From: an uncultured Chloroflexia bacterium
Lineage (GTDB): Bacteria; Chloroflexota; Anaerolineae; Anaerolineales; UBA4823
Direction of reading: 5' to 3'
NCBI GenBank assembly: GCA_963776795.1
Contig: CAVZNX010000017.1
Span: 44,145 to 108,144 of the forward strand
DNA length: 64,000 nucleotides
Of the stretch, positions 10,878 through 19,645 are shown piece by piece. Both the position numbers and the translations under genes were made by a program. Each line of letters starts with the position of its first letter. Within the stretch, counting starts at the first letter, position 1. Under the pieces are notes generated by a model that had not been told where the DNA came from, searched no databases, and saw nothing but the letters and a program-made list of their open reading frames with translations.

Positions 10878-12148
10878 GGTGTACCAGATGTATGGACCTC
10901 AGCCAGCAGAGAGTCAAGGTCGGTAGTTATGGTCTCAATCTCATCCAAAACCCGATCGATCTGCTTGACCTTTAAATCCGAGCCCCCCTTTTTGAGGCGT
11001 GCCTGCCTGCGCAGATCTTGAGCAAGGTCCTGTGCTTCATAGCGTAGCCGGCTGGCATAATCGCGACCTGTCGAGACTTCCGACTCCATTGTTGCTGGAT
11101 GAAAAACAAAGCGATCGAGCAGGATTTGAATGATAGCCGCCATGGGAATCGCCATGAGCGCACCAGCAATACCGAATAAAGAGGTAAAAGCAAAAAGCGA
11201 TAGCAGGGACACGAACGGATTAATCCCCACCGCTTTTCGCATGACGCGCGGGACCAATAAGCTGTTTTCGATTTGCTGAATAACTATCGTAGCGACAATC
11301 ACCCAGATCAACTTGGAAGGCGCTATGGTTAGGGCAACCAGCCCTGCAGGGATGGCACCAAGTAGCGGTCCAATCATTGGTACGGCCTCCATGACACCAG
11401 CCAAGAGTGCCAGGACCAGGACATTAGGCAGTCCGATGAGCAAATAGGCAACCAGTGCCATGACGCCGATAACCAGGCAAAGGAAACCTTGTCCGGCAAG
11501 GTAGAAACCAACCTTGGATTCCATCGACGTGATCAGTTCGCGGCTGCTCTCGCGGTGTTCCTTCGGAATCAGCTGTACCAAGGATTGAATGGTCCGGGGT
11601 CCATCGAGCGCCCAGTGAAAAGCCAGTAGCAGAATTGCTGCGAGTATAAAGATGACTTTTGCTGCTGATGCCAAATAACTCAACGCCTGCACTGCGGAAG
11701 CTAGCATCTGTTGAACTGTTTGCTGGATGGGCACCAGCCCTGGTAGTGTCACTGGGAGGAACTCACTTAAACGCACAATCAGCTGATTGGGATTATTAGC
11801 CATTGCCCCTCGCAGGCTTTGGTAGTAATTAGGCACCTCGGCAGCGATTGCTGTACCTTGATCAACGATCAAAGGGAACAACAATAGAACGAAGCTGATA
11901 AGCAGGGCGAGCATCAGTAGATAAACAAGAATTGCCCCCGCTATCCGTGGAAGCCCTCGCCGGTGCAACCAGGTTACCGCCGGCCTGATCACCGTGCCCA
12001 TCACGATGGCGATAAACACGATGAAAACGACGTTGTAAAAACGGGAAAGAAGATAGAACCCCAGGACTACTAAAACCAGGGCGAGCGTCGTACCCATGAC
12101 GCGCCGAAAAGTCCATTGGTACGGTGGGGGAGGAGAATTGAGTTCCAT
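10874..12148 (-). CDS. AI-2E family transporter
   Basis: 424-aa multi-TM ORF with the typical AI-2E layout (..QQIENSLLVPRVM.. segment and a charged C-terminal tail). Confidence 0.85.
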   Translation of the reverse strand: MELNSPPPPYQWTFRRVMGTTLALVLVVLGFYLLSRFYNVVFIVFIAIVMGTVIRPAVTWLHRRGLPRIAGAILVYLLMLALLISFVLLLFPLIVDQGTAIAAEVPNYYQSLRGAMANNPNQLIVRLSEFLPVTLPGLVPIQQTVQQMLASAVQALSYLASAAKVIFILAAILLLAFHWALDGPRTIQSLVQLIPKEHRESSRELITSMESKVGFYLAGQGFLCLVIGVMALVAYLLIGLPNVLVLALLAGVMEAVPMIGPLLGAIPAGLVALTIAPSKLIWVIVATIVIQQIENSLLVPRVMRKAVGINPFVSLLSLFAFTSLFGIAGALMAIPMAAIIQILLDRFVFHPATMESEVSTGRDYASRLRYEAQDLAQDLRRQARLKKGGSDLKVKQIDRVLDEIETITTDLDSLLAEVHTSGTP

Positions 12149-12290
12149 GCTTTCCCTATTCGATTAAATATTCAAATACATGCACATCTGGATAAACGAG
12201 GCAATCAGTGCTCAAAGCTTATCCCTGTGCCTCATCGCCAGAGTTGAAAGGCAAGGTTCAGACCAGCGCAAAAGCAAGCTGGTGAGCGCT

Positions 12291-12458
12291 TTACAACAAT
12301 CCAAGTAGGCGCAATATGATGAGTATGATGGCAATTACGATCAGAGTGTGGATCCAATTGCCGGTCTTCGGGAAGCTTGAAGATACGTTCCGACCGAAAA
12401 AGCCTGCTAACCATAGAACTACCAGAACGATGATAACAATCCATAATAGTGTGCCCAT
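12291..12458 (-). CDS. lmo0937-family small membrane protein (55 aa)
   Basis: ATG 12458 with AGGAG 7 nt upstream. MGTLLWIVIIVLVVLWLAGFF....NWIHTLIVIAIILIILRLLGLL, two TM segments with the LW..L..LWL.G ... IH.L.VIA pattern. Not in the ORF track (<60 aa). Confidence 0.6.
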   Translation of the reverse strand: MGTLLWIVIIVLVVLWLAGFFGRNVSSSFPKTGNWIHTLIVIAIILIILRLLGLL

Positions 12459-12547
12459 GAAATTTCTCCTTTTTTGAATGTACTTATGATTTAATGTCAG
12501 TCACCTGGTCCTGGTGGACCAAGAAACAGTTAACCTGACAGTCGTAG

Positions 12548-12706
12548 CTAACGGCCGATTAGAATGAAGATACCGGCCGCGATTGCCAGAATGCCCATAA
12601 TTATCCCAAGCCCATTAAAGCTTAAGCTGAATAATGCAATCAGCCCGTACAGGATGAGCCAGATGGCCAGCAAGAGCATGCCGATGTTTTTCTTGAATCT
12701 TTTCAT
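12548..12706 (-). CDS. 52-aa two-TM small membrane protein
   Basis: ATG 12706, weak SD AAAGGA. MKRFKKNIGMLLLAIWLILYGLIALFSLSFNGLGIIMGILAIAAGIFILIGR, stop TAG at 12548. Confidence 0.45.
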   Translation of the reverse strand: MKRFKKNIGMLLLAIWLILYGLIALFSLSFNGLGIIMGILAIAAGIFILIGR

Positions 12707-12791
12707 GGAAGGAATCCTTTTTTATCAGGTTTAGCGAACGGTATCATGCGAAGGGTTTGCACCCTTCGCATGTCCGTTTCAATTAGGTGGA

Positions 12792-12929
12792 TTAACTCTC
12801 ATCAGAGTTAGAAACCTTGACCAGTGCTGGTTTATGGCTCCACCCGCTTTCTGTCGTTACGATCCGGCTGGCAAACCAGCCTATAACAGCCCCAGCACTG
12901 AGCCACAAAATGAATTTAATTAATTCCAT
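12792..12929 (-). CDS. 45-aa single-TM small protein (GlsB-like N-terminal helix)
   Basis: ATG 12929 with AAGGAG 6 nt upstream. MELIKFILWLSAGAVIGWFASRIV.., stop TAA at 12792. Confidence 0.4.
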   Translation of the reverse strand: MELIKFILWLSAGAVIGWFASRIVTTESGWSHKPALVKVSNSDES

Positions 12930-13136
12930 ACTTATCTCCTTTCAAGGTGTTTCTCAACCCTGGCATTTCAATCGTTGCATGACAAGAGCGTTATTATGTG
13001 CCTTCCCCATGATCATGAGGAACCCCCGATTTGGGTATTCGTACTTTCGGTGATGGTACATTGATTGCCGTCAGTGAGTGATCGAGTTGTAATCAATTTT
13101 ATTACTGGCCTTCGCCATGAATGTGTTTGGGGTGAC

Positions 13137-13355
13137 TCAAGCACTCTTAACTTTCTTCTCAACATCGTTAATCCGCCGATTGAATTCCTCTTCGGCAGCT
13201 TCGCGGGTATAGCCATACTTCTGCTGGAGCAAGCCGACGATTTGTTCAGCATTGCCACCCGCCTGTTCCAGTTCATCATCGGTGAGCTTACCCCACCACT
13301 CTTTCATCTGGCCGTGCATTTGCTTCCACTTGCCTTCAACAATATCCTTGTTCAT
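13137..13355 (-). CDS. CsbD-family general stress protein
   Basis: 72 aa. GKWKQMHGQMKEWWGKLTDDELEQAGGNAEQIVGLLQQKYGYTREAAEEE is the classic CsbD pattern. Confidence 0.85.
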   Translation of the reverse strand: MNKDIVEGKWKQMHGQMKEWWGKLTDDELEQAGGNAEQIVGLLQQKYGYTREAAEEEFNRRINDVEKKVKSA

Positions 13356-13399
13356 TTTGTGCTCCTTTTTCCCGTATGTACCTTTTTTTTACGTCTGTT

Positions 13400-13651
13400 T
13401 TATCTTCTTCTGATCAGGCGCAATACCAGAAGCAAGATTACCGCCCCGATAAACGCAATCAGGATCGACCCCAGGTTGATCCCCGTCATACTGCCGATAT
13501 GCAGCAAATTGACAGAAATCCAGCCTCCCAACAATCCGCCAACCACGCCTACGATGATGTCGCCAATCAATCCGAAGCCTCCGCCTTTAACGACCAATCC
13601 GGCCAAAAAACCAGCGATCAAACCAACCACAAGCCAGGATAATATTGTCAT
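13400..13651 (-). CDS. GlsB/YeaQ/YmgE-family stress membrane protein
   Basis: 83 aa. ILSWLVVGLIAGFLAG..GGGFGLIGDIIVGVVGGLLGGW.. glycine-zipper TM pattern. Confidence 0.85.
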   Translation of the reverse strand: MTILSWLVVGLIAGFLAGLVVKGGGFGLIGDIIVGVVGGLLGGWISVNLLHIGSMTGINLGSILIAFIGAVILLLVLRLIRRR

Positions 13652-13741
13652 TCTTTTCTCCGTTTCTTATGTTTTTAATATCTTTATATATTGTCATCCG
13701 ATGGGACAAACCCATTCGCCTGACCCATTCGACAAGAAGAT

Positions 13742-14131
13742 TTAGCTCTTCTTGGTGTTGCTGGAATTTACTGTCCACTCGAAGAGTAACTCCTGGTTGG
13801 GAGGGAGTGGTGTTGGCTGGGCGAATTGCTCATACCCAGCCAGGTTGATACCGTGCAGCTCTTGCAGTTTCTCCCGATACCAGACGTCAAACGGCAGATC
13901 TGAGGCAATGATCTGCCCCAACGACTGAGCTACATCGGGAGCTTCTAGCGTGGTTACTGCAGTCGCTCCAAAAGCAGTTTCAACCAACGACAACCGTTCG
14001 CGCGTGATGCCTAACCGCTGGCGTGACGATTCGTAAGGCTTGCGTCGAAAACCGCATAACTCCTGGCAAAATCGCCGCCAGGCTTCCACCTTACCATCCA
14101 GGATGGGGAATGTTAGAACAATGCCAGACAT
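13742..14131 (-). CDS. hypothetical protein (about 129 aa), divergent from the SARP regulator
   Basis: ORF 13742..14134 (TTG) with ATG at 14131. No family recognised. Confidence 0.55.
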   Translation of the reverse strand: MSGIVLTFPILDGKVEAWRRFCQELCGFRRKPYESSRQRLGITRERLSLVETAFGATAVTTLEAPDVAQSLGQIIASDLPFDVWYREKLQELHGINLAGYEQFAQPTPLPPNQELLFEWTVNSSNTKKS

Positions 14132-14217
14132 CAAGGGCCTTCTTCCAAGATACCTCTTTCGCTAATCAAATCTTTAGATTCTTCAACTTTCTAGTAATCA
14201 TTATCCTAAGTATAATT

Positions 14218-16650
14218 ATGGAGAGTCTCAAAATCGTCACAAGGGGTTTTGCATTGGCTGACCAAGCAATACCATTACATATCTATGCATTGGGACCACC
14301 CGAAGTCCGTCTGGGCGAACACATGGTGAGCTTTCCCACTCGCAAGACACTGGCACTTCTTATCTTTCTGGCGATCGAGTCAGACCCACAACCGCGTGAG
14401 ACTTTGGCTGCCCTGCTGTGGCCGGAAGCCAGTCCTGAACACAGCCATGGATCACTGCGCAACACCCTCGATCATCTACAAACAGCTTTACGCCAGGCCA
14501 GTGGTCAGGCTCAAACCTCCTATCTTCTCGTGACACATAATTCGCTGAGCCTGAATCCAGAGGCGAATATCGACTTTGACTTGAAAACGGTGGAACGGGC
14601 GTACACTCAGGCGCGTGCCGATCGTTCAAGCCGGACGCTACCGGAGGGTTCAGCCAACCTGCCTTTATTACAATCTGCAGCAGCCTGCCAGCGGGGTGAT
14701 TTTATGGCTGGGTTTTCACTGGGCGATGCACCTGACTTTGATGATTGGGTCGCTATTCAGCGTGAGGTCTGGAATCGCCGGTTGGGTTTGATCCTCGACC
14801 GTCTATCCGAAATCCAATTTGCGCATGGTGAGTTTGCTGGAGCCACAGAGACGGCTTCGCATTGGATTGCACTGGATGCGCTGAACGAAATTTCGTATCG
14901 CCGCAAGATGCGGGCACACTTCGCGGCAGGCGAGCGCGGGCAAGCATTGGAGACATACGAGGGATGTCGTGCCATCCTCGCAACCGAATTGGGTATTGAA
15001 CCAGAACCAGATACGGTTGCCTTAGCGGAGCGTATTCGCATGCAAGCTCCCCTCGCTCCTCCTCATGTCCGTAAGAGCTTCCATCAGCCAAGCCAGCCAG
15101 ATACCTCAATCAATTTCCTGGGCAGCTTATTTACCGGACGCAACCGGGAGTACCAGGCGCTGATAAATTGTTATGAAGCTGCCACTGAAGGCCAGCCCCA
15201 ACTGGTGGTGATGCGCGGTGAGGTTGGGATTGGCAAGTCTCGCCTGGCCAATAAATTTATCAATTGGGCCAGTATGCAGGGAGCTGAATTGCTGCTGGGG
15301 AGCGCTTTTGAGAGTGGCAGCCATTTGCCATTTCATCCGCTGGTGGAAGCACTCCGGCTGCGACTGGCGGTTGACAACTCGTTAACAGACAAAGTAGATG
15401 AGATCTGGTTATCACCGCTAAGCCAGTTGCTCCCTGAATTGCGCCAACACCACCCCGATTTATCCCCCCCTCCTGTGGATTCTTTTAACCTGGATCCAGA
15501 AGGCAACCAGGCGCAGCTGTACGAACCGCTGGTGCAAAGTATGTTAGTCCTGGCCGAACAGGCACCATTGGTACTTTTTATTGACGATTTGCAATGGGCG
15601 GACAGTGCCACATTAGACCTTTTGCAATATGCCGTTCGACGCTGGCAAGATAAAGCTGCACAGATCTTGTTTTTGGCCAGCCTGCGGTCAGATGCTTTGC
15701 ACCCAATGACTCAGCCCCAGCCAGCCGGCAACCCGCAAGGCTTGAGCCTATGGCTGGAGCGGATAGCCCGAGAGGTAACCCCGGTTCATATCGAGCTGGA
15801 GCCCCTCGATGAACACGAGACAGTGCAGATGATGCTGTCCATCCTGTCGCCGCCCGATGCTGACTTCGCTCAGTGGTTATATACTGAAACGCATGGGCAA
15901 CCTTTCTACCTGGTTGAGACACTCAAGGATTTACTCGAACGGCGGATTCTGAAACCCAAACGGAAGGCGGATGGACAATGGAGCTTCACGGTGGACGCTG
16001 AACACGATCTTGGGCAGACGGTGCGCGTCCCGTCCACCGTGCATACGGTGATTCGCTCACGCCTGAATCGACTCAGCCCAAACGCCTTCAACCTTTTGTC
16101 AAGCGGAGCCGTGCTCGAGCATCAGATCACCTTCGAGCGGATGTGCGTCATCTCCAGTCTCAGTGAAGACCAGGCCTTACCCGCCCTGGATGAATTGATC
16201 AGTGGGCGGCTCTTGTTGGAAACAGCTCAACCGGGCGTAGCCAGTGCTTATACATTTACCAACGACATGCTGCGCGATGTGGTGTATACCGAGGCTGGCG
16301 ATGCGCGGCGGCGTCTTTTTCATCGACGGGCACTGGAAGTCCTCGAAAAGAGTGGGGAGTCAGCGGCCATATTGGCCTACCATGCGCTGGCTGCCGGGAT
16401 AACACAGGCTACCTTCCACTACAGCCTGGCTGCTGGGCGAGAAGCTCTGCGTCTGTCGGCAGTGAGTGAAGCTGTTGTCAATCTTGAGCGTGCCCGCCAG
16501 ATCGTACAGGAGACTACACCACCCGAAATGCCAGATGAGGCGGATTTACGGGAATTGTATACGCAGCTGTGTTCGGTCTATAGGCTAGGAGGTCAGACAG
16601 AAAAGCTTTTGATTGTTGAGGCTGAACGAGAAAGATTTATACTGGATTGA
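14218..16650 (+). CDS. SARP/AfsR-type transcriptional regulator (winged-helix + BTAD + P-loop ATPase + helical repeats)
   Basis: ATG 14218 inside ORF 14023..16650. N-terminus LGPPEVRLGEHMVSFPTRKTLALLIFLA..LLWPE..LRNTLDHLQ (OmpR-like/SARP), BTAD-like region, Walker A GEVGIGKSRL. Confidence 0.8.
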   Translation: MESLKIVTRGFALADQAIPLHIYALGPPEVRLGEHMVSFPTRKTLALLIFLAIESDPQPRETLAALLWPEASPEHSHGSLRNTLDHLQTALRQASGQAQTSYLLVTHNSLSLNPEANIDFDLKTVERAYTQARADRSSRTLPEGSANLPLLQSAAACQRGDFMAGFSLGDAPDFDDWVAIQREVWNRRLGLILDRLSEIQFAHGEFAGATETASHWIALDALNEISYRRKMRAHFAAGERGQALETYEGCRAILATELGIEPEPDTVALAERIRMQAPLAPPHVRKSFHQPSQPDTSINFLGSLFTGRNREYQALINCYEAATEGQPQLVVMRGEVGIGKSRLANKFINWASMQGAELLLGSAFESGSHLPFHPLVEALRLRLAVDNSLTDKVDEIWLSPLSQLLPELRQHHPDLSPPPVDSFNLDPEGNQAQLYEPLVQSMLVLAEQAPLVLFIDDLQWADSATLDLLQYAVRRWQDKAAQILFLASLRSDALHPMTQPQPAGNPQGLSLWLERIAREVTPVHIELEPLDEHETVQMMLSILSPPDADFAQWLYTETHGQPFYLVETLKDLLERRILKPKRKADGQWSFTVDAEHDLGQTVRVPSTVHTVIRSRLNRLSPNAFNLLSSGAVLEHQITFERMCVISSLSEDQALPALDELISGRLLLETAQPGVASAYTFTNDMLRDVVYTEAGDARRRLFHRRALEVLEKSGESAAILAYHALAAGITQATFHYSLAAGREALRLSAVSEAVVNLERARQIVQETTPPEMPDEADLRELYTQLCSVYRLGGQTEKLLIVEAERERFILD

Positions 16651-17119
16651 AAATCGTCAATAAATAGCTTTTGGAGCTTGCTGGGTAATAGTCAATCAGT
16701 TAGAACGGTTTTCTTCTTCATCGGATCGTGATTTGCAACAGTTTATTTCTCCCCGCTTCTCCTGGTGTACCCTGATACCATCCTGTTAATTCCAAAAATT
16801 GTGTGTGTTTGATTGGACTCAGCTGCCCGATCCAGGCGATTAAATATTCGGGTTAGCTGGGGTGCGTCTTCAAGGGATATGCCACTAGCATGTCTATTGA
16901 CACGGGCATCACCAGCGACCTTCATAACGCTGCCATCTGCATTCCTGAGCCTTGGTAAAACCCTCAACACTATCAGCGTAGCAGGCATCGTAGCGGGAGT
17001 TAACCTAAGCAGTGCCTGGGGACTACTTGGAGTGCTTTTCGACGGAAATGGTTGAATGGGATCTGGTAAAACGTACGAGGTTGCGCCGTATCGTGTGGGT
17101 TGCTAATCTGATAAACACA

Positions 17120-17298
17120 ACCGTGTGACGTTTTGAGACGCTTTTGAGACGCTTTATCACTATACTTTGATTAATTGAACGGATGATAGAATTCCTCCAG
17201 ATGGTCATTAGAGATAAGCCTCTTAGTGAACCATCAGGTGATCTGCTGTTCGGTCAGCAGATCAAGTTGCAGGGAAGCTAATAATGAGGAGGCGTTTT
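17120..17298 (+). promoter_or_regulatory. conserved upstream/leader region of the duplicated stress module (copy 1)
   Basis: Alignable by eye with 22690-22861. Contains TATACT, CCTCC (17194-17198), hairpin 17240-17263 (gatctgctg/cagcagatc) and SD GGAGG 17288-17292. A tandem ttttgagacgc duplication occurs only in this copy. Confidence 0.4.
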
Positions 17299-17859
17299 AT
17301 GGATACAACCACAATTGTCATCGTCATTGTGGTATTGGTGATCGTAGGTGTCATATTAGGTCTGGTTTTTTCTCGCCGTAATCGTTCGAAACAGCTGCAT
17401 GAAAAATTTGGACCTGAGTACGATCACGCAGTAGAGGCCAAGGGAAGCGAGAAGAAAGCCCAAGCCGAGCTTATAGAACGGCAGAAGCATGTTGAGACAT
17501 TGGAAATTCGTCCACTTACAGTAAGTGAGCACGACCGGTATCTGGCTGAATGGACCGCTGTACAATCCAAATTTGTCGATGAACCGGGACAGGCGATTGT
17601 TGATGCAGATCGTCTGATCATGGAAGTCATGCAGCTTCGTGGATATCCAGTCTCTGATTTTGATCAACGGGCAGCCGATATCTCGGTAAATTATCCTGCT
17701 TTGGTGACCAATTACCGTGGTGCGCGGGAGATCGCAGACAAAAATAAGCTGGGACAGGCAAATACTGAAGAAATGAGGCAGGCAATGATCTATTACCGGT
17801 CTCTATTCGAGGAACTCCTCAAAACAGAGCCTGTCGTTGGAGAGGGAATAAAAGGATGA
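17299..17859 (+). CDS. membrane-anchored protein of an uncharacterised conserved family (LHEKFGPEYD ... FVDEP motifs), copy 1
   Basis: ATG 17299 follows GAGGAGG, and the paralogue starts at the equivalent MDTT. N-terminal TM, then a helical domain with W..VQSKFVDEPGQAIVDADRLI. Confidence 0.75.
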   Translation: MDTTTIVIVIVVLVIVGVILGLVFSRRNRSKQLHEKFGPEYDHAVEAKGSEKKAQAELIERQKHVETLEIRPLTVSEHDRYLAEWTAVQSKFVDEPGQAIVDADRLIMEVMQLRGYPVSDFDQRAADISVNYPALVTNYRGAREIADKNKLGQANTEEMRQAMIYYRSLFEELLKTEPVVGEGIKG

Positions 17860-18452
17860 ATGATCAATATAATAACTCAGGTATGGTTGAGAGGACCGAT
17901 AAGGAAATGAACAATCCGGATGTAACCTCAGATCCTTTTGTTGATAATGTTCAGGTGGATGCGTCTCTTGTGCACGAGGCGTCATGGGGCGAGACGGATA
18001 TCCACGAAACGCTGAAGGAAGAGAAGGTTGGCCAGGAGATGCCGATGGGCGAGACGATAGTCCATGAAACGCCGATGGACGTGACGAATGCCCACAAGAC
18101 GCCGATGGGTGAGACGATTGTCCACGAGAATCTAGTGAGTGAGACGACCGCCCATGAAGCCCCAGTAGAAACGAATATTGCTGCATCGGCATCCCTGCTT
18201 AACCGAGAGGAATCAGAGCATTTTCGCACCCGCTGGAATGAGATCCAGGGCAAGTTTGTTGACGAACCGCGGGCAGCTGTTGAACAGGCGGATGAGCTGG
18301 TGTTTGAGGTGATCGAGCTTATCACTGAGATGTTTAACAACGAACATAGGTCGCTGGAAGCTCTGTGGAATAAAGGCAATGATGTCTCTACAGAAGATCT
18401 CCGTATAGTCTTGCAGCGCTACCACTCCTTCTTTAATAGCCTGGTGGTTTGA
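17856..18452 (+). CDS. acidic protein with a 10-aa His-containing periodic region and a C-terminal FVDEP-motif domain, copy 1
   Basis: 198 aa, ATGA overlap with the upstream gene. C-terminal RWNEIQGKFVDEPRAAVEQADELV resembles the upstream protein. Confidence 0.75.
   Translation: MNDQYNNSGMVERTDKEMNNPDVTSDPFVDNVQVDASLVHEASWGETDIHETLKEEKVGQEMPMGETIVHETPMDVTNAHKTPMGETIVHENLVSETTAHEAPVETNIAASASLLNREESEHFRTRWNEIQGKFVDEPRAAVEQADELVFEVIELITEMFNNEHRSLEALWNKGNDVSTEDLRIVLQRYHSFFNSLVV
17988..18197 (+). repeat. seven degenerate in-frame 30-nt units (consensus GETIVHETPM)
   Basis: GETDIHETLK EEKVGQEMPM GETIVHETPM DVTNAHKTPM GETIVHENLV SETTAHEAPV ETNIAASASL. The same periodic block is in the paralogue at 23551-23760. 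Confidence 0.7.
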
Positions 18453-18560
18453 AAGCAAAAGAGATAAACAAAGGCCAATAAATATTCGCGGTTGCAAAGT
18501 AATCTGACCCGCGAGATCAAAATATCAGCATATTTTAAGAAGAATCAAAAGGAGAATCTC

Positions 18561-18755
18561 ATGGCTTTTACATACAAAAATTCTAAGGGTGTCACCTATA
18601 TTCTGCACGGAAAAAACCGCGTCACATCCACTGGTAAAAAAGCAACTCTTTACTACTTCGCTAAAGTTAAAAAGGAAGGCGCATTGGATGATCTGCCAGC
18701 TGGATACAAAGTATTCGAAACCACCAATGGCCTGTTGGTGCTGAAGAAAAAATAG
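18561..18755 (+). CDS. 64-aa hypothetical protein
   Basis: ATG 18561 with AAAGGAG SD inside ORF 18492..18755. MAFTYKNSKGVTYILHGK...LYYFAK..GAL..LPAGYKV.E resembles a widespread small uncharacterised family. Confidence 0.55.
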   Translation: MAFTYKNSKGVTYILHGKNRVTSTGKKATLYYFAKVKKEGALDDLPAGYKVFETTNGLLVLKKK

Positions 18756-19014
18756 ATTATTGTTTTGGGGAGTCGGTTGGCTTCGCTCGCCGAATTCACT
18801 TGACATCCCTTCCAGATGTTTTGCATTTCGGAGTATGTTTCAATCAAAGAGTATGCCGGTCTGAGAGTGGTATCTGCTCAGTAGTTGCAAGGGGTGGCAT
18901 TAATTCTAGATGCAATCGAGGCTGGATACCGAGCCTCGAGATCCGATAGAAGGAGATTTTACTCTCCACATCCAAAGTATCTTTAGGCCTCAACCAATCG
19001 AAAGGAGTTCGAAA

Positions 19015-19221
19015 ATGTCTGTCGCACGGGTTACTGAAATTAAAGCCTCCTCTACCAAGGGTTTCGATGACGCCATTAAAGCAGGGATTGCGCGCGCCCA
19101 AAAAACTCTTACCCATGTCAGAGGTGCCTGGATCGAGAATCAGGAAGTGGTCATCGATGAAAATGGACAAATCACCGAATATCGTGTCCAGATGAAGGTC
19201 ACCTTTATTCTCGAAGACTAA
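19015..19221 (+). CDS. dodecin-family flavin-binding protein
   Basis: ATG 19015 with AAAGGAG SD. MSVARVTEIKASSTKGFDDAIKAGIARAQKTL..V.GAWI......IDENGQITEYRVQMKVTFILED. Confidence 0.8.
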   Translation: MSVARVTEIKASSTKGFDDAIKAGIARAQKTLTHVRGAWIENQEVVIDENGQITEYRVQMKVTFILED

Positions 19222-19308
19222 AACCATAAAATCACACCTTCTGTCCGCCTTGAGGGTTATCATCATAAAGTCAATGAAACTTGCGTTTTCAATTTAAGGA
19301 GGAACAAG

Positions 19309-19482
19309 ATGAAGCTATCTCCACCGAAAGTGATTACCTGGGTCATCGCCCTGATACTGCTGGTGCTCGCCCTGCTTGGTCATTTAACATCCACCGTTTC
19401 TATACTCACCCAGTATGATTTCTGGCTGGCCGCGGTTTCAGCCGCCCTCATGCTGATTGCCACCATCGTCAAAGGTCTCTAA
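19309..19482 (+). CDS. 57-aa two-TM small membrane protein
   Basis: ATG 19309 with AAGGAGG 6 nt upstream. MKLSPPKVITWVIALILLVLALLGHL...FWLAAVSAALMLIATIVKGL, stop TAA 19480-19482. Confidence 0.45.
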   Translation: MKLSPPKVITWVIALILLVLALLGHLTSTVSILTQYDFWLAAVSAALMLIATIVKGL

Positions 19483-19645
19483 TTCAACCCTGATTGCGGG
19501 ATTGTTGGAGGCGGATGGCCATGTGGTTTTGGGGAGAGGTTTCTATTTTAATTAGTAAAGTTCCAAATGTTACAGCAGGACACATTGCAGTTAGCGACCA
19601 ACACTTACGTTGCATTTGCACTTATCTTCTGGCATAATAATACAA

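Noticed and set aside
13065-13745. 226-aa plus-strand ORF
   Set aside because: It is antisense to the clearly recognisable CsbD and GlsB genes, has a low-complexity Pro/Thr-rich translation, and has no SD.
16743-16988. 81-aa minus-strand ORF downstream of the SARP gene
   Set aside because: No SD, no family resemblance, and neighbouring frames give nothing coherent. Treated as non-coding spacer.
17129-17180. Canonical sigma70 promoter for the duplicated module
   Set aside because: TATACT is a good -10 box, but TTGAGA lies only 11 nt upstream and TGACG lies 20 nt or more upstream. No acceptable -35 spacing exists, so the promoter class is left open.
18844-19266. 140-aa minus-strand ORF
   Set aside because: It fully overlaps the dodecin gene, which has an SD and a strong family signature. 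The ORF itself has no family resemblance.
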